Shown in pieces: positions 22,276-32,700 of a stretch of DNA of 64,000 bases. Location of the stretch: the NCBI GenBank assembly GCA_052426225.1, contig JBNJNM010000006.1:744001-808000 (forward strand), read 5' to 3'. Below the pieces are notes generated by a model, which was given only the letters and a program-made list of their open reading frames with translations, was not told the DNA's origin and did no database searches. The translations under genes and the position numbers were made by a program. The stretch comes from Zancudomyces culisetae HAW-14-8. Lineage: Eukaryota > Fungi > Kickxellomycota. The first letter of the stretch is position 1; the number at the start of each line of letters is the position of its first letter.

Positions 22276-22527
22276 GGATGTGTTTGTTGCCGGGTTGATC
22301 GGTACGGTGTTAATTCCGAGTAATTGACCCTCCTGCCAGTGCTGCCAGTGCTGCTTGTCTATGCATATTTGCGCTCATTCTCTTATCTACACTATTCAAG
22401 TCGGTAATGGTGTGGGTATTCTCGAGTATTTTTTGTAGCTAGTAACCCTGTACTCGGAATTATTTGTGTGTACTGTTTACTAAAATCCAACGGGGTGCTT
22501 GTGAATAGCTCAACTCTCCTCGCATCC
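22276..22527 (+). ncRNA. Putative structured non-coding RNA, family unassigned
   Basis: GC-richer island with no credible ORF. Perfect 12-bp inverted repeat TAATTCCGAGTA (22311-22322) / TACTCGGAATTA (22451-22462), a 13-bp G-U-containing hairpin (22384-22396 / 22406-22418) and a terminal stem GGATGTG / CGCATCC. G-U pairs favour the + strand. There is no direct evidence of transcription. Confidence 0.4.
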
Positions 22528-23281
22528 ATCATACCATCACCCCATAATTCTATCACATCACCATCACCCTTGCTTCTTAACCTCTAGTTTTAGCAAACAA
22601 AAACTTTAGATAGAAATAGGAGGAGAGATAAATGAGGTATGAGGTATGAGGTATGAGGTGTGGGACACTAATGACCAATTCAAGCATTTTGTGTAAAACT
22701 GAATAAATTGTATTTCAATTTGTGTCATAAGCATATTATATATACATTTCGATTGTTATTATTATTATTTTCTTTATTTAGTTTTTCATGAATAATTTAC
22801 AACGCAATATAAAATGTTTTTTTAAGGCTTGTAGTTAAATTTGATTTCAATTTGATTTCAATTTGATTTCAACTCCCAGAATATAGCCCGAGTATCTATG
22901 GGCACCAAAAAACAAAACAAAAGAAAGAGGAAAAACAAAGCATCCAGAGTAAAAGCGGATTTTTATTGTATTGAAACCAATATACACCAGATTAGAGCCC
23001 TGGCTCTTAATTCTAAACCATCTAGCCATTGATTAAGCAAAATACTAAATGAGAACAGTGATATATATACATAAAGATTAAGCTCATCTATAAAATGTCA
23101 AATAGTAAAATTCATCTAAACAACAAACCAAAGGATATGTATTTATAAACAGACCTCGTACCATTAGCATCATTTCCTTTTTCCCTTCTCCCCCTTTCCT
23201 CACCCTTCTGATTCAGAAGGAGCATGGATAAGGAGGATGAGGAGATGAGGGGGTGATTAGCGACACTCAGTTGTGATGAGC

Positions 23282-24471
23282 TTAATTTCCGGCCTGTTTT
23301 CTGACAACCCATTCATATAACGTAAACGATATTGATGCCTGGACACCCTTTCTCAGCACTCTCAAAGAAATTCCGTGAAAAAACCCAAAAATTCCCTCGT
23401 CCCTGTAAATTTTGAGTAGAGACTGGAGAAACCTGGTATACAAGCTGGGCTGAGTCTGCATTCGGGTTTTTATCATATCAAATGGCTGTGTGATATACGA
23501 AGCAGTTACACCACCAATGACCCCAGATATGGCTGTTATTGCCGAAATATGCACGTTCATATTGTACTTTGAGTATAAATCTCGTTGAGCTCTTTTGCAA
23601 TTTTCATATATTGCAAAATATAAAGCCGCATAAGGCGCATCCCTGATAGCTGTAGGAACAGCACCTTCAAAAAACCCTCTAATTCCTCTAGTTGCAAATA
23701 TTTCAGAGACAGCGGGAAATATTCCTTTAAATTGGTACAAGCTGCTCTCAAACTTTACTTTTACCACTGTTGCTGGCATCAGTATAAACCCTGCTGCCGC
23801 GCGCGAAATTGCTCCTGATGTTATATTAACCATAGTTGTTCTAAATTGTTCGTTGTGGATTTTTTCTTGTCCAATATTTGCATTTAGCTTGTCTAGTACT
23901 GTCTTTGTTGAGTGGAGAAAGTAAAAATATAATGAAGTACCAGGTGTATTTCTATTTATAGTTTGTTTAATTCCAACTGTTTTGAATTTTGATACACAAA
24001 GTGTTTGGGTAGGATATAGTAGAATAAATGAGCATGCACAATATATAGCGTATTGCTGTGGGTACAACAACTAAATACACGTTTAACCACAAAGTTTTCA
24101 AATTCTACGTTAATCATGAAACACTAAGGGTAAAATACAAGCGATAAACTCTAAAAAAAAATTACCTTATTAGGGTGGGAATTGTTCCTCTCCAGAACCC
24201 AACGATCCCTCTTTGTGAATATACATCTCTTATGGTTTTTTTTATGTAGCTACAGATTTAGATTTAAAGGATATAAAATTTAAATATTTGTACATATCGA
24301 TATGTGTTTTATACCGTTGTTGTACTTTAAAAGTAAAATCCCAATAACTTTCAACCATATACCATCATATATAAATATATAAAAGAGAAATTGGTTGAAG
24401 GTATCAAAATTGTTGTAAATAGTATACAATGTTGACTTGACTTTTCAATAGTATCAAAAAGTGCATATACA

Positions 24472-24512
<41 letters not shown>

Positions 24513-24724
24513 CTAAAATTTGATAAATTCAAAACATATATGCGAGTTGGGATAACTTACCTTTCTTTAAAGTTATTGAATACACGATGATCGTTTTTTT
24601 GTTGCATGCGGGTTTTCAACAAGTCAAAGGGTTGAAGTAAAACTACAGAAATTGAACCAGAAAGCGCTCCAGCTCCTAAATGAGTCAATGCACCCGTTTT
24701 TTTTTTGTTTTCTGGTACACTCAT
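23282..24724 (-). CDS. HEM25: Mitochondrial carrier, glycine transporter Hem25/SLC25A38, 3 exons, 305 aa
   Basis: Exons 24724-24561, 24249-24166, 23951-23282 (918 nt). Carrier motifs QPFDLLKTRMQQ, MPATVVKVKFES, QPFDMIKTRMQ. WRGTIPTLIRNTPGTSLYF and RDAPYAALY are typical of SLC25A38/Hem25. Confidence 0.9.
24472..24512. repeat. Compound (AC)n(AT)n microsatellite in HEM25 intron 1
   Basis: ACACAC... directly followed by ATATAT... Confidence 0.95.
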
Positions 24725-25961
24725 TTTTAGTTGGTACAAATAGTATTATTAGTTAAAATGGAAAAGTATCGAGCGGGATTTAGGTATGTTGATATAGGAG
24801 ACTGAAATTCCGACACTTTAGTGCATTATCCTATTGTTCATTATTTTAGGGTAAAGTTATTTGATAGAAACTCGTTGTTTTTCTCTGCCTATTACTCTTC
24901 TTTTGCGAATCCCGTTTGTGGAAGGGAGGTTGGGGGGAGGAGGGGGAGAGATAAAGAGAGTTTATCCTAAGTGTTTTTTTTTTAGTCGTGCAAAAGTTGA
25001 AGCTTTTAGTATTTGTACTAAAGAAAGTATTTGGTGTGGTGAAATTACTAGTAGTAGGAGGATTGAGTGATAAGTAAAGAGCAAGAAAATCAAGTATATA
25101 TATATATATTTATTTATTTTGTATTTGAATATATTGATAATATACCTAAATCAACTTGGGATCAGAGATAATAGGTTGGATATTGATGAAGAAAAACATT
25201 TACTTTTACAATACTGTAAAAAAAAAAAAAGTTGTGCCGAGATAAAAATTGGAAAAAAAGTATAGAACTTGGCCTCACCAAGGTTGTAATCAAAAAAATT
25301 CAAAAAAATTCAACAGGCAAAATAGTAATAAATACAAATAAATTATAAATTTTGTTACTTTTTATTAGTTTTCAAGATACCAAGAGCAAGTAATTAAATT
25401 GGCTGATTTTTCTTCTTTTTAGTAGTTCGTATTTCATGCATGATCAAAAAACGTTCAAAAAAAATAAAATAGAATAGATAAAAATAAATATGAATGTGAA
25501 GGAAATAGCAAAGAGAATATGTGGTGTTGATTAAACACTTTTCTAAATATTAGTAACAATTAGTACAAGTGTTTAGTTTAAAAGGGAAAGGAAAAGTTTA
25601 AAAAGAGTGTGTGAGTAGAGGAGATATTTATGTTTATGTTTATGTTTATGTGAAAGGGGAAGATGTTGGGTTCTATAAGAGCTTAAACAAGATGTATTAC
25701 TGAAAATACCCAGTTTGCAATATATAAAAAAAACTACAACACAAATTATCATAATTTTTTTTTTGTGGGCTTTGCGTAAAGTCTAGGAAATATATTTAGA
25801 TTATTTATGTGGTTTTAATTGCTAAAAAATAAATAAAGCAGACATATAAATAAAGAACTAAAGATTGAAAACATAAATATAAAGAAAAATACAAAAAAAA
25901 AAGAGTAAATCGAAAAGTGGAAACAAAACAAAAACAAAAACAAAAACAAAAACAAGACAAG

Positions 25962-28900
25962 ATGAAGAAAAACGAAAAAGAGTACGAAGAGTACCAAGGG
26001 TATACTCAATCCTCGCAAGTAGGGAATGACTATAGATATGGATTACAGACACAACTATCACAAGTCTTCCAGGCTAATCAGCATCAGGAACTTGGAAAGT
26101 ATATGGGAGAAATGTATGGAGTTACACAGAATTTTGCACAAGTATCGATAGGAGGCGGAAGCCAAAATGACAATGAAAGCACCAAATCGTCGGTTGATAA
26201 AAATAAAGGGAAAATTAGAAACAAAAACAAATCCCATGTAAATACCAATAATAGGGGTAATTATAGGGGAAACACTGATAGGAAAGTAGAGCATGATATG
26301 GAAGAACACGGGGAAGATGGGATGGGATTGAGATTTGGAGAGAAGGGGGTGGGAGAAGAGGAGGAAGAATTAGTGGCAGAAGAAGAGGAGGAAGAGGAGG
26401 AAGAAGAAGAAGAGGAAGAAGAAGAAGAAGAGGATAAGGAAATGAATCTTCCAGAGCACGCATGTAAATATTGTGGGATTCATAATACTGAGAGCGTAGT
26501 GAAATGTTTGCTTTGTAAAAAATGGTTTTGTAATTCTAGAGGAAGTACGTCAGGGTCGCATATAGTGACACATTTGGTTAAGGCTAAACATAAGGATGTG
26601 CAGCTACACGAAAATAGTGCGTTAGGGGAGACAACGTTAGAGTGTTATAATTGTGGGAGTCGAAATGTGTTTTTACTGGGATTTATTCCGGCAAAAAGCG
26701 ATGCAGTGGTGGTGATATTATGTAGATACCCATGTGCTTCAACGCCTAGCAGTAAGGATATGTTGTGGGATTCGTCACAATGGCAGCCTTTGATACAGGA
26801 TCGATCGTTCTTACCGTGGCTGGTAAAAGTTCCCAACGAACAAGAACAACAGAGAGCGAGACATATAACGATGCAACAGATTATGAGTTTGGAGGATGCA
26901 TGGAAATTTAATGGAAACATGACATTAGAGGAGCTGCAGAAACCGGGGGTGGATGATGAGCCACAAAAGGTGTTGTTGAGGTATGAGGATGCGTTTCAGT
27001 ATCAAAATATATTTGGACCATTACTTCAACTAGAGGCAGAATACGACAAGACATTGAAGGAGTCACAGACGCAAGAGGAAGTGGTAGTTAGGTGGGATGT
27101 AGGGCTGAACAATAAACGACTGGCATGGTTTGGATTGTCGAAATACGAGCTGGGGGAGTTACGGCTGGCAGTGGGGGACGAATTGTTGTTGCAGTATAAG
27201 GGGGATATGCACCCACACTGGGAGTGTCCGGGGCACGTGATCAAGCTACCCAACAATGTGAATGACAATATATGTCTAGAGTTGAAGAGGGGAGATGCGC
27301 CAATAGAGCAAACGCACAACTTTTCAGTTGATTTTGTGTGGAAGTCGACGTCGTTTGACCGGATGCAGTTGGCAATGAAGACGTTTGCATTGGATGAGAC
27401 GTCAGTGAGTGGGTATATATACCACCGACTTCTTGGACACGATATTGAGCCACAAGAGTTTAAAGTGACGTTACCAAAGAGATGTAGTGTGGCGGGGTTA
27501 CCAGAACTCAATCATTCACAAGTGCAGGCGATAAAGAAAGTGTTAACACAGCCGCTGAGTCTGATCCAGGGGCCTCCGGGAACAGGCAAAACGGTGACGT
27601 CGGCGACGCTAGTGTACCATTTGGCGAAGATGAATGAGGGGTCACAGGTGTTGGTATGTGCACCGAGCAATGTGGCGGTTGATCAATTGACGGAGAAGAT
27701 TAGTAGGACAGGGTTGCGAGTGGTGCGGTTGACGGCAAGAAGTCGGGAGGAATTGGATTCGAGCGTGAAGCATTTGGCGTTACATGAACAAGTCCGTAAC
27801 AACGATACAATTCCCGAGCTTCAAAAGTTGATTAGGCTGAAGAGTGATCAGGGAGAACTGAATTATGCGGATGAGAAGCGGTTTGTGAGTTTGAAGCGTA
27901 AAGCCGAGAGGGAGATTCTGGAGGCAGCAGATGTGATATTGAGTACATGTGTTGGGGCAGGTGATCCTCGGCTACGGAAGATGCGGTTCCGAACGGTGCT
28001 TGTGGATGAGAGCACGCAGGCGACTGAGCCAGAGGCATTGATTCCATTAGTGTTGGGGGCGCGGCAGGTGGTATTGGTTGGAGATCACCAGCAGTTAGGA
28101 CCTGTGGTTATGCGCAAAAAGGCGGCGAGTGCGGGGCTAAGCGAGTCGTTGTTTGAGCGGTTGATACTGCTGGGATTGCGGCCACAACTGTTGGATATCC
28201 AGTATCGAATGCATCCAAGTTTATCAGAGTTTTCGTCGAATTATTTCTATGAGGGATCGTTGCAGAATGGAGTGAGTGCGATAGAGCGGACGAGGGAGGA
28301 GATAGATTTTCCGTGGCCATTGGCGGCGAGTCGACCAATGATGTTTTATTCAAGTGTTGGGCCTGAAGAGATTTCGTCGAGCGGGACATCGTATTTGAAT
28401 CGCACGGAGGCAGCGAATTGTGAAAAGGTGGTTAGTAGGTTATTGCGGGCCGGAGTTACGGCGGGACAGATAGGAATTATTACGCCGTACGAGGGGCAGC
28501 GTAGTTGGATAGTGCATCATTTGACGACATCGTCGGGAGGGATGTTGCGGGGACAGTGTGAGGGCATAGAGGTGACTAGTGTGGATGCATTCCAGGGGCG
28601 AGAAAAGGACTATATAATATTGAGTTGTGTACGTAGCAACGATCATCAAGGAATAGGATTTCTTAATGACCCAAGACGGCTTAATGTGGCGTTGACAAGA
28701 GCCAAGTTTGGAGTGATAATTTTGGGCAATCCTCGCGTACTGAGCAGGAATCCATTGTGGTATGCGTTATTGGTTCATTTTAGACAGCGTCAGTGTTTGG
28801 TTGAGGGTCCGTTATCTGCACTACGACAAAGTTATGTTCATTTAACCAAGCCAAAGAGTGGGTTTAGAACTAGTACTACCATTAATGTTAATGAAGCCAA

Positions 28901-29403
28901 TAACATTAATATTAACGGTAATACTAATACTAATACTAATACTAATACCAATAGTAATATTAATGGTAATAGTAATAGTATTAGTAATAGTAATGGTAAT
29001 AATACTAGTGCTGGTAATGTCATGAATAATGAGCAAGAATATGTAAATGAAAACAAAAACAAAAATATTGGTACTAGTGGAGGTAGTGGAGGTAGTGGAG
29101 GAGTAGGAGTAGGAGTAGTGGGACTAGGGGGAAATTCAATGTATTTAACCAGATCAACTGCACGTTATGTTCCACCAGATTTACTAGATCCAAACTATAC
29201 AATCTCTACAGCAACAGCAACAGCAACAACAACTACAACAACAACAACAACTACGACAACTACTACGACAACAAAGAATACGAGAGAAAAGGTAGATCAA
29301 GTAATTACATCGTTAAATTCACAATTTGCACCGTTATTATCACAATCTATTGATTATTTTGGTGTAAATACATCATTTAATACATCTCAAACCTACTATT
29401 CGC

Positions 29404-29438
<35 letters not shown>

Positions 29439-29570
29439 GGTGGTGATGAGTATGGTGATGAAGAGTATGAATATGATGATAATAATGGTATGAATGGAAA
29501 TGGAAATGGAAACTTAAATATAAATGATCATGAATATAATCTACAAACCCAAAATTATACATTTTACTAA
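25962..29570 (+). CDS. UPF1: Regulator of nonsense transcripts 1 (Upf1/Nam7 SF1 RNA helicase), intronless, about 1202 aa
   Basis: CH zinc domain HACKYCGIH...KWFCN...LECYNCG; helicase motifs [52 protein letters not shown]. First in-frame ATG is 25962; the track start at 25917 is GTG. Confidence 0.97.
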
Positions 29571-29710
29571 TTGAATGAAAAAATATTATATTATATTATA
29601 TTATATTATGTTTTATGTTGTATGTATATGTTATAATAATAATAATAATAATAATACTAATACTAATAATAAAAATAAAAGTAAAGAGGGAATTGCTAGA
29701 TTAATTAGAA
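29571..29710. repeat. 140-bp AT-rich convergent intergenic spacer with (TTATA)n and (AAT)n runs
   Basis: Lies between the UPF1 stop (29570) and the dynein stop (29711); mostly simple AT repeats. Confidence 0.85.
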
Positions 29711-32700
29711 TTATAAAATAAAAGCAACACCAGATAAAACAAATTCATTATGTTGTATAACTATTTGTTGTTGTTGCTGTTTTTGTTGTTGTTGGTCATT
29801 ATTTTCAAGTAGAATTTCACAATCTACCTTGAACAACAAGTCCAATCTATCACTGTTCAAGTATACTGGAACTTTTACAATATTATTGGATTTCATTTCT
29901 GAATTTTGATTTTGGTCCAAGTCCAAGTTTTGGTTTTGGTTTTGGTTTTGGTTTTGGTTTTGGTTTTGAGTATGTTGGTCGTTTCCTAATTCCCATACCA
30001 AATCTATAATACCATCTTGGTTCTCTTGATTGTTGACTGGTAGATTCAATTTTGTCTGTCCTCCAAATTTATCCACAACAATCCCAACCATCGAATTATT
30101 TACATTTGTATTTGTATTTGTATTTATAGTTGCATTTTCCAATACTAGACCATTCAATCCCATTCTAAACACTCCTTCTCTTTTTCCTTGTCTAATTTTT
30201 TCAGTGCTAATATTGCGTGGTTTCATCTTTAATTGTAACTGTTCTATTGAACACCGTTTTCCCAATACTTCACTCATCTCCTTGACAGCATATTGCCTTG
30301 TAGCAGTAACAAATGCCTCTGTACAAAACAATTTTCCTAAATTTACTCCTCCTTTTAACACAGATTCCACACAACCACTACAACTAATGCTAATAATGCT
30401 ACTACTAATGCTACTGCCACCCTCCTGCAAATCATTTCTATTTCCTCCAACTTTTCCATCTTCCATTATTCCCTTCAACTGCTCCAACCTCTCTCCTAAA
30501 TCAACTATCCACTCTTGCACAGTTATTCCTCGCCGCGTTCGGTACGCTCCCTTCCACCGAGCTGGCACGGCAGCTGATGATATTGCGCCCACAAGTTCGC
30601 GGCTCGCATTGGTTGGCTTGGCACGTCCTAAACATACAGCCCGCAACTGCTCCAATTCACCAGTTACCATGGTTATCATTTCTGAAGCCATGTAGAATTC
30701 TCGAACAATTGCTCTTTCTAGTGCATTTCCATTTGCATTTGCATTTGCATTTGCATTTGCGTCTGTATTTGTATTTGTATTTGTATTTGCGTCTGTATTT
30801 GTATTTGTATTTGTATTTGTATTTGAAATTAAATTGTTAAATTGTAAATTTTTGTAAGGATTCAAAATTCCCAACCATGCATCACATAGTGGTTGGATTT
30901 GACCAGCAAAAGTTGGTAACTCGGCTACATCAGTAACCATTGTAGTATCATGAACCTGGTTATTATTATTATTATTATTATTGTTGTTAGTGTTGTTGTT
31001 GTTAGTGTTGATGGTTTCAACTTGTGCAGCACTAAGAAGTTTTCTCACACCCAATACCAAACCTCTTCCATGATTTGCCAACAACTTGTTTTCCGCATTT
31101 CCAGGTAATCCCAACCACTGTGGTGGTTCTCGTTCAGGTAATTGAGTATTAGCCCATTCCAAGAAATCAGCCACAGTAACCGCATCATCAGGACACACAG
31201 CACCATTAATTTCATTATCATTATCATTATCACTATTTTTTGTTGTTGTTGTTGTTTTTGTTGTTGTTGGTACTAACGCAAATCTTACTGAAAATGCAGA
31301 AGGTACAAACAACCTTTCAACAAACGATTGCAAAATCAACATATCAAAGTCATTTTCAATAGGACCTCCATACACACACTGCACCAACAATGTACGGATT
31401 GCCTGCCACGGAATCTTATCGGGAGATATGTTTGTTCGTCCAGTCGATGCTACATCGATCCATCCATCAATAGTCGCTATTGCACATGCAAAATCAGCAT
31501 CGCTAAACTCATACGCTCGTGACCATCCTAATGGAACGTATCTCACTCTTTCAACCAGTGTTGCATGTAACCACGCTGCCAAGAAATACAATCGAACTCT
31601 TTCAGGCTCCTTTGCTGTTGTTATAGTTGTTGTTGTCGTGTTGTTTGGTACATTGATTCCATTCAATAATTGTACAACATTGGCTCGTACTCCAGGTGGT
31701 GGTTCTATCAATAACACTGTAGATCTTCTCAATAATGTCTTGGGAACTGCTGTTGATGCCGCAGATGTTCTTGTAATTTCCATTGTCAAAAACAACCTGA
31801 AACCATTCCCATTACTGTTATTTTTGTTATTGTTATTAGATACTAGATTTAAACTTCCCAATCGTTTCTCCAATTGATTCAACCAACCTGGTGCCAAATG
31901 TACATTCTTCAACAACACCCATTGACACTGTCCCTTCAATCCCTTTTCTATTGCTTTATCAGCCAACTCAAATCCTTCCACACTTCCCATTGCTACCGAA
32001 ATAATTGGTTGTCCCAAATTTTCTGCTAATGTCTCGACTTGTAGTGACGCATCGTATCCCGGAACTGAACATAATGCTATTGGTACTATACTACTCCTTG
32101 TATTTGTATTTGTATGTTTCAATACCATTGATAAATCAACCTCGGTTTGTAATCCACAATCTTGTAATGTAAGTGTCATCTTTACATTATTCTGTTGTTG
32201 TTGTTGTTGTTGGTTTAGTTTTGGTTGTAATGTTGATGAATTGGCCATAAAATACAAACATATAAACCTCGTAGTTGCTGCTACCACTCGATCTGGACAC
32301 AACATTCTCACTATCAACAACTCTCTCAATGCTATTCCATAATCCTCTTTGACTCCTCTTCCCCTTCCCCTTCCTTCTTGTTCTCTTTCTTGTTCTCTTT
32401 CATCTACAAGTATTCTTGGAATACATTGTTCAGGCTCCAAACTCGTAATACACTCAACTATTGCCGATTCATTACTTGGATCACTCATTATCGAAACCAA
32501 ATTCTTACACCATCCCAAATTGTTTGAATATCCAACAAGCAAATTGACCGTTTGCTGAACATCTTGTAGTTTACTTGTGATACTCGTTGGTAATTTTTCC
32601 AGTACATTACTAACCATATTTGTTGCTGTTGTTGTTATTAAATCGTATTCAGAAGATAACAAGAAATTGAGATCATTCAATACATTATTCAACTGATCAA

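Noticed and set aside
22491-22515. GGGGTGCTTG... resembling the start of a TPP riboswitch, or ACGGGG..CTCA of RNase MRP CR-V
   Set aside because: No CTGAGA or CCTGAT TPP motifs and no GAAAGTCCCC P4 partner were found; family left unassigned.
22838-22872. 3 x AATTTGATTTC tandem 11-mer, plus other short intergenic repeats (25628-25650, 45541-45566, 51007-51055)
   Set aside because: Ordinary slippage repeats in AT-rich spacers; no terminal inverted repeats, target-site duplications or transposase to suggest mobile elements.
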